A DNA stretch of 64,000 nucleotides from Meyerozyma guilliermondii (taxonomy: Eukaryota): contig CP128815.1 in the NCBI GenBank assembly GCA_051546255.1, positions 310,001 to 374,000 on the forward strand. Direction: 5' to 3'. A program made the position numbers and the translations under genes. Each line of letters opens with the position of its first letter. Within the stretch, counting starts at the first letter, position 1. Shown piece after piece: positions 1 through 10,847 of the stretch. The notes below the pieces were generated by a model, which saw only the letters and a program-made list of their open reading frames with translations, was not told the origin of the DNA and did no database searches.

Positions 1-830
1 TCGTTACTCTTTGAGTGCCAGCTTGAAATTTCCGATTTTTTGGCCGACCCGAAATCTGTGGTTTTCCAGCGAGTTAGTTTCGTGGGCCAAGCTTGGCCCA
101 ATCCCGGTCCGAGAAGTTTTTCGAGGTCTTTGAGCACTGCTTCTGAGTAGAGGACTAACTTGGAGGAGGTCAAGGCGACAATACTCAAAACTTCTTGGAA
201 AGATATGTCTTGGTGGATGGGTATGGCGGTGACTCCTGCCATGAAACAACCGAAAAGCGCCGTTGCAAACTCGCATATCTCTCCCTCTTTGTAGTAGAGA
301 ACTACCGAATCTGAGTCTTTCAATGTCAACTTGTGCATGATATCGTAGGCAATTTTGAGCGCTTTGGAATACAACTTCTCCCATGAGATCAGAGCAACAT
401 CCTTACCTTTGTGGTCCACCACACAAAACGCAGGCTCTGTTTTGTAAAGAACAGCTCTATTCTTCAAGATTTTTGTTAATCGGTCTGTCACCAAGTCTTT
501 AGCTCTATCTGGTGGACTCCGTGGCCACAATGGCTTTTCTAGTCGGGTCCCGTCCAAGGTAATTTCGTCTTTGTAGCTTTGATGGAGCCGGTTCACTGTC
601 TGCATGATTTCCTCACGCCGATTGATGTATGTCCACTGATCTATGGTTTTGTTGATGGTAAAATCATCTTCTAACTGCTGGAGTAAAACCGCCATATCTG
701 GAGGTATGTCATCAGGAAGTCTAGAAAGACCTGCTCCTGCTACAGAGTCGTTAGCCACATTTCCCACATCCGCAAGAGCTACGCTACTGGCCCTTTTCCG
801 GCCCCCAGAAGTAGTACGGTTCAGATTCAT
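1..830 (-). CDS. CMR2: DIP2/CMR2-like protein (fatty acyl-AMP ligase-like domains), N-terminal part; runs off the left edge
   Basis: Absent from the ORF track because there is no stop in the window. Manual translation from ATG 830 is open to the edge: ...LQQLEDDF...EPAFCVVDHKGKDVASISWEKLYSKALKIAYDI...VVLYYKEGEICEFATALFGCFMAGVTAIP, which resembles the first adenylation-like domain of fungal DIP2/YOR093C proteins. Confidence 0.7.
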   Translation of the reverse strand, partial: MNLNRTTSGGRKRASSVALADVGNVANDSVAGAGLSRLPDDIPPDMAVLLQQLEDDFTINKTIDQWTYINRREEIMQTVNRLHQSYKDEITLDGTRLEKPLWPRSPPDRAKDLVTDRLTKILKNRAVLYKTEPAFCVVDHKGKDVALISWEKLYSKALKIAYDIMHKLTLKDSDSVVLYYKEGEICEFATALFGCFMAGVTAIPIHQDISFQEVLSIVALTSSKLVLYSEAVLKDLEKLLGPGLGQAWPTKLTRWKTTDFGSAKKSEISSWHSKSN

Positions 831-935
831 ACCCGCTGCCGTCCAGCGATATTCGCTCTTTTCTGACACAAGAGAACGTCTGGGGTTTGGTGCGACATTT
901 TTCGTAGCGAGCGGCGGCTAAACTGGTGCGATGAG

Positions 936-3098
936 ATGGTAATTGTAGCCAGTTCTAATATGCTACGACCGGATCGAATATGGCTCTGTGGGAAATATCA
1001 AACTGCCAGAACACTCTATGTGGTGGGAAACAAGTCAAAACGTCGAAATCCGTCACTAGAGGATTGGGCACGGCTGGATTCCGATCGAAAAATGAAGTTG
1101 CAACAACAAGAATATAACAGAAAACTCAAAGAACTCAAGAATTTGACTGCTAATGTGTCCAAAATGATAAGCAAGAAGAGTGAAAAGGAAGTAGAGCGGT
1201 CACAAATACAGAGCACTGAACCTTCACCAGAAACCCTGACACAGCTAACTCAAAAAAACGATTCCCAACGACTTGACTTTCTTGCTAAAAAATCGCTTTT
1301 CATTCCCGTGGTAGATATTCCAGCCTCGGTATCCGATCGTATTGGTCTCGCTTTCAAGTATTTGGTATCGAAAAGTAGCCAAAATTGGAGTATGGTTTTG
1401 GACCAGCTAGAAAAAAATGGTGGTTTCAAAGATATTCCATCAAAAGACATACGAAAGTTTGTATACCAGATCCCAAAGCCCCATATTCCTCCTATTATCT
1501 CAAGACTAAAAAAGATGCATCATGATGCTGGGGTGCCAGTTTCGCCGAAATTGGTTAATGTCTTCATCGACTCGCTTTTGTTATCACCTTCGATTCCATC
1601 GAGCGTCATGAGTCAGATAGAATCTTATTGCGATTCGATTCGCTCTACTTCGAAAAAAGGCAGACTTCCCCGTGAAACCTACGAACTTTTGATTAGAGCG
1701 TATGGTAAGAACTCCAATTTGGAAATGGTGAATTCAATCCTAACTGAAATGAAACAAGTTGGCTTACAGCCATCGAAGAATACTTTCGAAAACATACTTG
1801 CCACATCTGTATATAAGTCCAAGGACCACAAGCAAGCAGTCGAAGTATTCGATACAATGAAGTTCCTATCTGACAAGACGAAACCAGCAGAAAGGGCCTA
1901 CAGAGACATTATTGTCTCGTACGTTAACAACGATGATATCGAGAAAGCATTGGATCTCTATAACGAAATGGTTGAAAACAAGGTTGAAGTTTCTCAACAA
2001 ATCATGGTGGCTCTTGCTAGAGGATGTATTTCAAGACCAGAGCTCAAAGTCAAAGCGTGGGAGTTCATCTTTGAAATTTACAATCAGAAATGGGAACCTA
2101 CCATACAGACTCTCGAATATGTTCTTTACTTGGCAGCAAAGGACGGCGACGTGGCATTGTGCAGAGCCCTCGTCAACAAATTGAGTGAGACTTCTTCTGT
2201 AACAGTTCGCTCGTTTTCTTTCTTATTGCTTGGGTATTCGAAAAGTTCCTTATACAATGAGTCTCCATCTATTCCTCCAATTTTGGCGCATGAGAATGGT
2301 ATTAGATTTCGTCGAAACATATTGGCTGATTCTTCGTATGCTCCTTCTAGCGAGTCGAGTCTTCCTTTCCTCCCAGTACTTGATTTAGTTACCGAAAAGG
2401 AAATCTTAGCGGAATCGAGTGCCATGTGGGCATATGCAAACACTATACGTCCTGACCTCATCAATATTGAAAGTGCTAACACCTACTTGAATATTGGTGC
2501 TAAGTTTGGCTCGCTCAAAGAATTCCTTGACCGGTACAACTCTGCAACACTACTTGATCGTCAAGGAGTTCCTGATACAAGAGTTATTGAGGATGAGAAC
2601 TTGGCAGAGGTCCTGGTTATGGATTATACCTCCACCGCTTCTGTGCGCTCGCCGCTCTTGGATAGGAACCACACCTTGAAGGTTCCGCGAGACGATATGA
2701 CATACCTTATTGCATTAAAGGCGGCAAGCAAGGCAAGAAACTATGAATTTTCGCAAGAGGTTTGGTCTGAAAGAGGTTTATATCGGAAGAGCGATAGGTA
2801 TAAGACTAAGTCAAGAGCAGAAAAGGACAAACTTGATTTTCAATTTGCAGCTGCTATGGTCTCAGCTTTGACGGAAATGAATCTTTTGGATGATGCTATG
2901 GCCATCTTATTAAGTACTGAATTTCAATTCAAGTGGACATGGAAGGAATTGGGAAGTTTTTACAGGGCAGCCGGTGGGATAGGTAGAGATGACATCTGCC
3001 GGACCGTGAGGGGTGTAGCTGGAAGAGCACAAATCAACTTTGGTGGTAAAATAAGAAGACGTGATTATAAAAGGTATGTCATGGAACGTGGCTACTGA
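936..3098 (+). CDS. CCM1: Mitochondrial pentatricopeptide-repeat protein, Ccm1-like (start may be ATG 960)
   Basis: 720 aa ORF with PPR motifs (ETYELLIRAYGK, RAYRDIIVSYVNNDDIEKALDLYNEM) and a basic N-terminus; size and layout match Ccm1. Confidence 0.75.
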   Translation: MVIVASSNMLRPDRIWLCGKYQTARTLYVVGNKSKRRNPSLEDWARLDSDRKMKLQQQEYNRKLKELKNLTANVSKMISKKSEKEVERSQIQSTEPSPETLTQLTQKNDSQRLDFLAKKSLFIPVVDIPASVSDRIGLAFKYLVSKSSQNWSMVLDQLEKNGGFKDIPSKDIRKFVYQIPKPHIPPIISRLKKMHHDAGVPVSPKLVNVFIDSLLLSPSIPSSVMSQIESYCDSIRSTSKKGRLPRETYELLIRAYGKNSNLEMVNSILTEMKQVGLQPSKNTFENILATSVYKSKDHKQAVEVFDTMKFLSDKTKPAERAYRDIIVSYVNNDDIEKALDLYNEMVENKVEVSQQIMVALARGCISRPELKVKAWEFIFEIYNQKWEPTIQTLEYVLYLAAKDGDVALCRALVNKLSETSSVTVRSFSFLLLGYSKSSLYNESPSIPPILAHENGIRFRRNILADSSYAPSSESSLPFLPVLDLVTEKEILAESSAMWAYANTIRPDLINIESANTYLNIGAKFGSLKEFLDRYNSATLLDRQGVPDTRVIEDENLAEVLVMDYTSTASVRSPLLDRNHTLKVPRDDMTYLIALKAASKARNYEFSQEVWSERGLYRKSDRYKTKSRAEKDKLDFQFAAAMVSALTEMNLLDDAMAILLSTEFQFKWTWKELGSFYRAAGGIGRDDICRTVRGVAGRAQINFGGKIRRRDYKRYVMERGY

Positions 3099-3231
3099 TC
3101 GAAAGTTGAAGAGTCAAAGTAACATTATGTGATACGACAAAGATAGATTCATGTAAATAGTCTGCTATTTCAATATATTATTGGACAAAACTGTTAGCAG
3201 TTTTAGTATATACAAGATCTTGAACTAATGT

Positions 3232-5994
3232 CTATAATACAACACTCACGACTCCCTTTTTCACGATCAACTTCTTAGGCTTCTTGTCACCTATAGCGTT
3301 CTCCACTGCACTGACAGATTTGACCGCTTCCAATATTTCACTATCAGGAGAGTTGACAAATTCTTTTGGTGCTTTGAACTGGCCACGAACCTTTCCGTTG
3401 ACGAAAACATTGAAGAGAACTTCTTCATTTCTCACCTGCTGGGAAACAGGCACTTTTTCGTAAAATATCGATCTTGTGTTATGCTGGTGTTCGTGGATAG
3501 TGTGCCATGCTTCCTCGGCAACTGAGGGAGCAATCGGAGCCAACATAATTAGAAGCTTTTTGAATGAATCGCTAATCACATCTGGCTTAACGAATGTTTC
3601 TGCTTTTATAGCAGCACCAATAGAGTTCGAAAACTTCATCAAGTCTGAGATCAATGTGTTGAATGCAAAGTCCGTTTCAATAGCTTTTGAAACCTTTTGA
3701 ATATAAATTTGAGTTTCGTTGAAAAGTTGCGTCTCTATTTCGGAAAGGGAAACTTTCTCGTAGTGGATCCCGTTCAACTCAATGTTTTCGACATTGCTCC
3801 TAGAGTCAGTATCTTTCTTGTCAGATTTGACATTTATGGATTGAGCCATGGACACAACCCGCTTAAGCCAACGTTCACACCCTTGAATCTGGTCTTCGTT
3901 CCAGTTGACGGGATCTGATATGGGACCCAGGAAAAGCATATGTGCTCTCGTAGCATCTGCACCATATTTCTTGATACATGTCTCAGGATCTGCACCATTG
4001 TACTTGGATTTTGACATTTTTTGAAATGATATTGTGGGCACCAAGCCAGTGGAGGTGATCTTGGGATTTTTTGGATCGGTTAAATCAAGCTCAGATGGCT
4101 TCAAAAAGCGTCCAGTATGAGGATCAGTGAAGGTCTTACCTTGTACCATACCTTGTGTTATCAACTTTTTGATTGGTTCATTTCTGCTTTCGCTTCCATT
4201 CCAATATCCAATATCTCCCAAGAATTTTGACATGAACCTGGTGTACAACAAATGTAAAATTGCATGTTCCACTCCGCCGAAATAAATATCCATGGGCATT
4301 AATTGAGTAACCTTCTTGGAGCCGAAGGGCTCGTTCTTGTTCTTGGAATCAAGATAACGGAAAAAGTACCAGGATGAGTCCATGAACGTATCCATTGTGT
4401 CGGTATCTCTTTTCGCTGCCTCGCCACACGAAGGGCACTTGGTATTCACAAAGCTATCGATTTTGGCCAAAGGAAGCCCTCTCGAAACCTCGTCCCTATT
4501 AGGTAGTAGAACAGGAAGCTCTTCATCTGGGACGGGAACCAATCCACAGTCATTGCAGTGCACCATTGGTATAGGAGCACCCCAGTACCTCTGACGACTG
4601 ATCAACCAATCTCTAATTCTATATTGCACTTTAGATTCACCCTTGCCCACTTTGCTCAACATTTCTGTGATTTTCTTTGATGCTTCGGATGCGATTAAAC
4701 CATTGACGGAACCTAAACTTTTTACGTTTCCAGGAATTAAAGTGGAATCGCAGAGACGACCACTCTTGGCAACATAAGGAATTTCATACTCTGAACCAGC
4801 GTCCTCAGGCCCTATTGTCAAGACTGGAGGTATATTCGGGTTGTGGAGTTGCCAGAATTCAAAGTCCCGAGTATCATGGCCTGGACAGCCCATAACCGCT
4901 CCACTTCCATAAGAGCTCAAAACGTAGGTAGCAGCATACACCGGGACATCATAAACTTCCCGAGCAGAGCCCTCGGTATCTATAGGGATTGAAACCTTCA
5001 AGTTTTCAAGTTTATACCCATCTTTAGATTCGGAATCGTCTCCTGAATGTTGCGCAATGAATGCCTCTAGCTTTTTGTCCTTCTTGGCCTCAGCTTGGAC
5101 TAGAGGATGCTCCAACGAAAGAGCCAAAAATTGTACACTAAACAAGGTGTCAGGGCGAGTGGTGAACACGCTTATTTCTTCATCAGTGTTAGTAGCAAAT
5201 CTAATAGTCGCTCCCGATGACTCGCCTATCCAGTTTTTCTGCATCACCTTAACCTTTTCTGGCCAGTCTTCGAGCACCTCGCAATCTTTCGCAAGGTCTT
5301 TGGCGTACTTGGTGATTCCAATAAACCACTGTTCCAAATCTCGCTTTTCAACTTTTGCACCCGACCTCCAAGATCTGCCTTCAGAGTCTACCTGCTCATT
5401 AGCAAGGACTGTTTGGTCCACTGGGTCCCAATTAATCTGTGCCTTCTTACGGTAGGCCAATCCGTGCTTTACAAGAAGGAGAAATATCTTCTGTGTCCAC
5501 CTGTAGAATTCTGGATCACAAGTGGAAACTTCTCTGTCCCAATCAAAATCAGCAAGCATCAAATCCATCTGGGCCTTCATTTTGTTGATGTTATCGCGGG
5601 TCCATATCGCTGGGTCTATTCCGTTTTCTATGGCAGCATTTTCAGCCGGCAATCCAAAGGCATCCCAGCCCATTGGGTGGATGACGTTCTTGCCTTTAAG
5701 ACGCATGTATCTCGCTACTACATCGCTAATTGTATATACCCTGAGGTGCCCCATGTGTAATGCTCCACTGGGATAGGGGAACATCGAGCAGCAATAGAAC
5801 TTTTCACCGTCAGCATTCATGGACTTTGCTGGATTCAATGAACCGGAAGATTCCTTCCAGATACGTGCCCATTTTTTATCTAGATCACGTAACTCTACCT
5901 CCTGCTGCTTCAATGTCTGAGATGTTCTAATTAGTCTCTTGGAGATCCATATTCGGCCTACAGGCGGTATGCCAGCCGGCTTGCCTCGAAGCAT
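3232..5994 (-). CDS. NAM2: Mitochondrial leucyl-tRNA synthetase (likely start MLRGKP at 5994)
   Basis: MFPYPSGALHMGH (HIGH motif), GWDAFGLPAENAA, DWLISRQRYWGAPIP, DTMDTFMDSSWY, KMSKS; presequence-like N-terminus. Confidence 0.95.
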   Translation of the reverse strand: MLRGKPAGIPPVGRIWISKRLIRTSQTLKQQEVELRDLDKKWARIWKESSGSLNPAKSMNADGEKFYCCSMFPYPSGALHMGHLRVYTISDVVARYMRLKGKNVIHPMGWDAFGLPAENAAIENGIDPAIWTRDNINKMKAQMDLMLADFDWDREVSTCDPEFYRWTQKIFLLLVKHGLAYRKKAQINWDPVDQTVLANEQVDSEGRSWRSGAKVEKRDLEQWFIGITKYAKDLAKDCEVLEDWPEKVKVMQKNWIGESSGATIRFATNTDEEISVFTTRPDTLFSVQFLALSLEHPLVQAEAKKDKKLEAFIAQHSGDDSESKDGYKLENLKVSIPIDTEGSAREVYDVPVYAATYVLSSYGSGAVMGCPGHDTRDFEFWQLHNPNIPPVLTIGPEDAGSEYEIPYVAKSGRLCDSTLIPGNVKSLGSVNGLIASEASKKITEMLSKVGKGESKVQYRIRDWLISRQRYWGAPIPMVHCNDCGLVPVPDEELPVLLPNRDEVSRGLPLAKIDSFVNTKCPSCGEAAKRDTDTMDTFMDSSWYFFRYLDSKNKNEPFGSKKVTQLMPMDIYFGGVEHAILHLLYTRFMSKFLGDIGYWNGSESRNEPIKKLITQGMVQGKTFTDPHTGRFLKPSELDLTDPKNPKITSTGLVPTISFQKMSKSKYNGADPETCIKKYGADATRAHMLFLGPISDPVNWNEDQIQGCERWLKRVVSMAQSINVKSDKKDTDSRSNVENIELNGIHYEKVSLSEIETQLFNETQIYIQKVSKAIETDFAFNTLISDLMKFSNSIGAAIKAETFVKPDVISDSFKKLLIMLAPIAPSVAEEAWHTIHEHQHNTRSIFYEKVPVSQQVRNEEVLFNVFVNGKVRGQFKAPKEFVNSPDSEILEAVKSVSAVENAIGDKKPKKLIVKKGVVSVVL

Positions 5995-6092
5995 CAACCT
6001 CTTTATGCAGACACATTTCGAACTGGGTATGACGCTGTGGTGTCTGGGTGTGTTACATGGAGGTACCATCCTGGAGGGTATAGCATTTCCAC

Positions 6093-8291
6093 TTATTTCC
6101 GCTTATCAACCAATGAAGAAATGGACTGGTATATCAAGTTGCATAAGCCATGAAATCCACTTTCCTCAAGCTCGCTTAAGACCGCTACTTTCACCTCGTC
6201 GTAGTTCATGCCTATCCATTTCACATCCGAACTGGCGTTCAATTGCAACACACTTGCCCTCTTGATGGGACCGTCATGTCTTGTCTCAATATCATTTGCC
6301 TTATCCTCTATCCTGCGAACAATTTGGCAAGATATATAGGCAAATGAGGGGTTGTGAAACAAATTACCTGATGTAGATCGTTCAAGTATATTGGAATAGC
6401 CAAACGTTGGCAACATTCCCAACTTGTCTATCATGGAACGATGGAGGGACAATACCTGACTTCTCTCAACTTTTTCATTACTTTGTATTTCGAGCGCTTT
6501 GTCTCGCCAAAGATAATTGAGGGTGTCGAGAAGTGCAGTAGTATATAATAACTTTGCAGTTTCCGATGAAAATTGCCTGTTTTTTAGCTTCAAAAGGTAA
6601 TCGCAGTATCCCGATATGACAAACGGATGCTTGCAAAGCAACATCTTAGCATGTAGTATGGGTGGAAACAAAACAGCACCATCGCTTAATGAGCCGAATA
6701 ATTGCTCATCCATTGATTCAATGAACTTGAAGAGGTAAACAGACAGAACCTGGACAGTTAAGTCGACATTAGCAATATGCTCGGAAAGAAAAGTAAAGAC
6801 AGCACCTAGCATTGTGTTCAACAGCAGGACGACCTCAGTCTGGTCAAAATTCTGGTCCTGTAAATCTTGTAACCACCACTTGATGAAAGATGTAAATTCA
6901 ATCAACCATAGCAGGATCACTTGGGAGAAGTGGTGTTGAGAGTCCCATTGACACTGTGGAGGGAGAAGTAGCTTGCTCCCAAAGTTGTGAGAGTCCGCAA
7001 CGGTTTCGAATTTCATGAGACTGATCCTGTGGATGATGTTTTGCAGTGTGTCCTGTAGAAAATCTGCATTTAAATCGGGTGCAGCTATACCAGCTGATAT
7101 GGCGAATAACCTGTTGAGTCTATCATAGTATAGTGATGCTTCTTTCTGCTCGATGTTATCTTGAAGGCTGGTCTTCATAAAGTAAAGCATTTCTGATTGT
7201 AACTTTTCATCGCCTGCTAGCAAACGAAGAGTAACGTATATCAATTTAATCTTGGTTGACAAAACGCTGTAGTTGGAGTGATCTCGCAATCTGAGAACCA
7301 GCCATGAGTTTGGATAGCTTATACGATTAAAGTTGCGGATCAAGCCTTCAATATCGTAAATATCAGTAATGGAAACCTCATTTTCATTTAAGGTTGAAGA
7401 TGGCTCAAAATCAATTTTCCTAAACCCTCGTTTGTTTCTGCAAAGTTGGTCAAAATTGGAAAATTGCTGAAGTAGATAGTTGGAAGTGCTGCGATGGAAG
7501 TTGTTATTGATAGCACTTGATATGTTGAAAAATTCGTCGTCAGGTATTCGAAAGAGGCTACCAGAGGTACTGATAGATATTGGTTTTCCATCTGTAAATC
7601 GCCTGTAGTTCAAAGCAGGATCTATTTTGGTGAACAAGCATAACAAAAGCTTGAGGTGCTCATCTAAAGGGAACTTTAGATGTAAATCCAACACCAATTT
7701 TATATGCCATTTTTTGAGAGGTAGCGATCCATTGTTAGAGCCATGAAACATACCTCCTGATTCCATCAACCCCACGAAAACTAGCTGAGATATGTATCGG
7801 CGAGAATATTCGTACGACAACAAATGGAGGAGAATAGGAAGTCTTCGGTAGAGAAAGTCAACTATCTTGGGACCGAACAAGTGGAGGGAGCAGAGTAGCC
7901 AGTCCAAGAGTTCTATTTGGATACTTCTTGGTAGTCGTGATTGCTTGGTTCTGGTGCCATTGACATAATACATTTTAGGTTCACCGATATTACTTAGGAT
8001 ACGATCGAGTAACAGGTCCAGGATGGTATTATTTGTTGAGAATATGCACAATGCCTTTATCATATACTTTTTCTGCAGCGCTGAAAAGTGGGAAGGAGTG
8101 GAATCTTCAAAGATGATATCAAACAAACGAGTCAAGTCATCATGGTCCACTCCAGAATTGTGAACTTCATGTTTGATATCTTCGATCAACAACTGTTTAT
8201 CTGAGCTCCCCAACCGTTTTCGACTTCTCCAGAGCCTTTGTATCTTGTCAGATACACCTTCCAATGCGTCATCGTGCACCCTTTTTGCCAT
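6093..8291 (-). CDS. CTF3: Inner kinetochore subunit CENP-I/Mis6/Ctf3-like (likely start MAKRV at 8291)
   Basis: Helical protein of about 730 aa. C-terminal DTLNYLWRDKAL...FHNPSF...RHDGPI...YDEVKVAVLSELEESGFHGLCNLI resembles fungal Mis6/CENP-I C-termini. Confidence 0.65.
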   Translation of the reverse strand: MAKRVHDDALEGVSDKIQRLWRSRKRLGSSDKQLLIEDIKHEVHNSGVDHDDLTRLFDIIFEDSTPSHFSALQKKYMIKALCIFSTNNTILDLLLDRILSNIGEPKMYYVNGTRTKQSRLPRSIQIELLDWLLCSLHLFGPKIVDFLYRRLPILLHLLSYEYSRRYISQLVFVGLMESGGMFHGSNNGSLPLKKWHIKLVLDLHLKFPLDEHLKLLLCLFTKIDPALNYRRFTDGKPISISTSGSLFRIPDDEFFNISSAINNNFHRSTSNYLLQQFSNFDQLCRNKRGFRKIDFEPSSTLNENEVSITDIYDIEGLIRNFNRISYPNSWLVLRLRDHSNYSVLSTKIKLIYVTLRLLAGDEKLQSEMLYFMKTSLQDNIEQKEASLYYDRLNRLFAISAGIAAPDLNADFLQDTLQNIIHRISLMKFETVADSHNFGSKLLLPPQCQWDSQHHFSQVILLWLIEFTSFIKWWLQDLQDQNFDQTEVVLLLNTMLGAVFTFLSEHIANVDLTVQVLSVYLFKFIESMDEQLFGSLSDGAVLFPPILHAKMLLCKHPFVISGYCDYLLKLKNRQFSSETAKLLYTTALLDTLNYLWRDKALEIQSNEKVERSQVLSLHRSMIDKLGMLPTFGYSNILERSTSGNLFHNPSFAYISCQIVRRIEDKANDIETRHDGPIKRASVLQLNASSDVKWIGMNYDEVKVAVLSELEESGFHGLCNLIYQSISSLVDKRK

Positions 8292-8477
8292 AACAGCACC
8301 TACAGACGCGCAGAAGCGAAAATGCGCACAATCAATTTTTGACAGTATGCACCCCAGAAATCGGGGTCGCGGCTGCAACTCCGAGCGAATATCGAGCATA
8401 TATCGAGGTCTACAATTTGGTAAAGTTCGTACTATTGTGGATAATTAGCGAACCATAGTATTCAGCAGCATCATAAA

Positions 8478-9260
8478 ATGCTGAGTTTGTTCTCCTTGAA
8501 AGGTAAAGTGGCATTGATCACAGGAGCCACGAATGGGATCGGTTTGGGGATGGTTAAGGGGTTGGCCGATGCTGGTATTGACCAGCTCATTTTGACTTAT
8601 CGGCTGGAAGATGCCCTTGAAAAAACGAAGCAGCAACTCAAAAAGATCAATTCCTCGGTTGATGTAGTTGGTATCAAAGCGGACTTCTCCAGTCCAGACG
8701 AAGATGAAGTGGTGAAGAAGATTGTGGAAGAAGCCTATGAAATTGCTTTAGGGCATTCAATTGATATTCTCATCAACAATGCCGGAACCAACATCCGCCA
8801 TCCTTTCGAAAGCTATCCTCAGGAAGATTTTGATCAAGTTTTGCGTGTAAATCTTCAGTATCCTGTCAAACTCACGAAACAGGTGGGATCAAGAATGCTT
8901 GAAAAGGGAGTGAAAGGAAACATTGTTTTCACAGCTTCGTTGGCTTCGTTCTTGGGTATCCCTAATGCAAGTGCTTATGCAATTGCAAAAGGAGGCATCA
9001 AGCAATTGACTCATGTCTTGTCAAATGAGTGGTCTCTGAAGGGTATAAGAGTCAACTCAATTGTGCCCGGTTATATTGAAACAAACCTCACCGACACATT
9101 GGACAAGACGTACAGAGACACCATCATTAAGAGAATTCCAATGGGAAGATGGGGCACCATGGATGACTTCCAGGGACCCATTGTGTTCTTATGCTCTGAT
9201 GCAAGTGGCTATGTCACTGGAGAAATGCTTGCAGTTGATGGTGGATGGTTAGGTTTTTAG
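8478..9260 (+). CDS. SDR oxidoreductase, KduD/2-deoxy-D-gluconate 3-dehydrogenase-like
   Basis: TGATNGIG Rossmann motif, DILINNAG, catalytic YAIAK; C-terminal IPMGRWG...GPIVFLCSDASGYVTGEMLAVDGGWL is typical of the KduD/gluconate-5-dehydrogenase subfamily. Confidence 0.8.
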   Translation: MLSLFSLKGKVALITGATNGIGLGMVKGLADAGIDQLILTYRLEDALEKTKQQLKKINSSVDVVGIKADFSSPDEDEVVKKIVEEAYEIALGHSIDILINNAGTNIRHPFESYPQEDFDQVLRVNLQYPVKLTKQVGSRMLEKGVKGNIVFTASLASFLGIPNASAYAIAKGGIKQLTHVLSNEWSLKGIRVNSIVPGYIETNLTDTLDKTYRDTIIKRIPMGRWGTMDDFQGPIVFLCSDASGYVTGEMLAVDGGWLGF

Positions 9261-9281
9261 TACGATGTAGATATGCTAAAG

Positions 9282-10445
9282 CTAAATACCTCCTGCCTCA
9301 CGGTACCATCTAATGCCACGGTCAAAACTGACTACGCATAGACCTTCATTAGTGTCTCCTCCTGAGCCACTTCTGATACCTTTTTTGATAAACTTGACAC
9401 CACTCGCCACGCTGGTATCCAACTCTTCGTTTCCATCCGTGGACTCCAAATCGGAAATTGATATGCTAATAGTGGCTTCTCTCTCTCTGGTGTCCAAATT
9501 CCAGATCCGCACACACTTATCGAAGCCACTACTGGCCAAGAGATCTCCAGTTTCGTCAAAGCACAATCCCATGACCCACCCATCGTGGGCGAACCCACCA
9601 ATGGTTGTTTTTGAGGAATGCGATGGAGTTGTTAAAGATCCAACATCTTCACCATACTTGACATCGTATAGCGTTATGGATCCTGACGACTGATTATCCC
9701 GTGCTACTGCTAGCATTGAGCCTCCTGGAGAAAATTTTACAACTCTGGCGATAGAGCTCGAGCCATGGGCGCCGGTGGTACTTTGCTGAAGATCAGTGGA
9801 ACGGAATGTGTAGTATGGTTTTAAAGTTTCGAGATCATAGAGCAAAACATCGCCATTAGAATGCCCTATCGCAACCTTGGCCTCTGTAGAATTGGAGATG
9901 TCAATGGAATTTGGAAAGGCGCCATTGCTGCCCACAAGGTGACCATACTCATCAAGCAGCACCTCAACATTCGAACCATCTGGGGAAGTTATATCGAGCC
10001 TGTAAACTATTGCACCCTTCCCAATTTTGGTCGCGACAAAGTAGTCTTGTTTGGATTCAGGATCTTGGTAGAAGCAAGGACCCCAGCAATCTTTTCGTAA
10101 ATCTACTGGGACTGGGATTTCTTTCAAGGTCTCAAAGTCATCGCCTACAATGAGTTTCAAAGTGATAGAGCCATCAAAAGCAGCAAATGCCACCAACAAT
10201 ACCTTTACGTGCGAGCTAGGAAGGACAGCTTCGTATGTGGAGACGTGGTGTAGCCCCATTTTATTGATTAAAATTCGTTTCACGTATTGGTGTGGATCAT
10301 GGTTTTCTTCTTGCTTGTTATCCCAAAATGCAGCATACCCATCACTCGATACAGTTAGAGTATAGCGAGTGGTAATCACAAGATCTAGAATATCCAGGGA
10401 ATGGGCTTCAGCAGCCGTGCCTGTGGAAATGTACTGTTTTCCCAT
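9282..10445 (-). CDS. SKI8: Ski complex WD40 subunit Ski8/Rec14
   Basis: WD40 repeats; N-terminus MGKQYIS...AH..DI; C-terminal GLCVVSFDRGIRWYREAGG is characteristic of Ski8. Confidence 0.9.
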   Translation of the reverse strand: MGKQYISTGTAAEAHSLDILDLVITTRYTLTVSSDGYAAFWDNKQEENHDPHQYVKRILINKMGLHHVSTYEAVLPSSHVKVLLVAFAAFDGSITLKLIVGDDFETLKEIPVPVDLRKDCWGPCFYQDPESKQDYFVATKIGKGAIVYRLDITSPDGSNVEVLLDEYGHLVGSNGAFPNSIDISNSTEAKVAIGHSNGDVLLYDLETLKPYYTFRSTDLQQSTTGAHGSSSIARVVKFSPGGSMLAVARDNQSSGSITLYDVKYGEDVGSLTTPSHSSKTTIGGFAHDGWVMGLCFDETGDLLASSGFDKCVRIWNLDTREREATISISISDLESTDGNEELDTSVASGVKFIKKGIRSGSGGDTNEGLCVVSFDRGIRWYREAGGI

Positions 10446-10847
10446 CTATATGGTGGAACAAAATTGACAACGCTTTTTGCACCTGCGACCATTACGTAAG
10501 AGGGTTGCACCAAGGCATTCAATTGAAGAGTCTTGAAGTTGATTTAGACGATTGAGCTCCTCAAGCAATTTTAAAGAACGCCAGAGGTGTCAGAGGTGTA
10601 CACAAGTAGGTCTTTTGTGAAATTAACTATTTTTTCAAAACATCGGTTTTTTGCATAATTTCAAATTGTTGCAAAATTTAAGAAGCTACACATTTTCAGT
10701 TCGTGAATGCTAATAGGTCGGTATCAAGAAACCATACTTATTTGTTGACCTTCCCATAATCATTAGCACTGTATTGAACTCTGAAATCTCCCTTTGTACC
10801 AACTTTGTGTTTGTACTTGAAGGATTATTGTCGAGCTCAAGCCACCA

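Noticed and set aside
4..384. 126-aa ORF from the track, and 643..921 (+)
   Set aside because: Alternative frame or antisense of the DIP2/CMR2-like gene.
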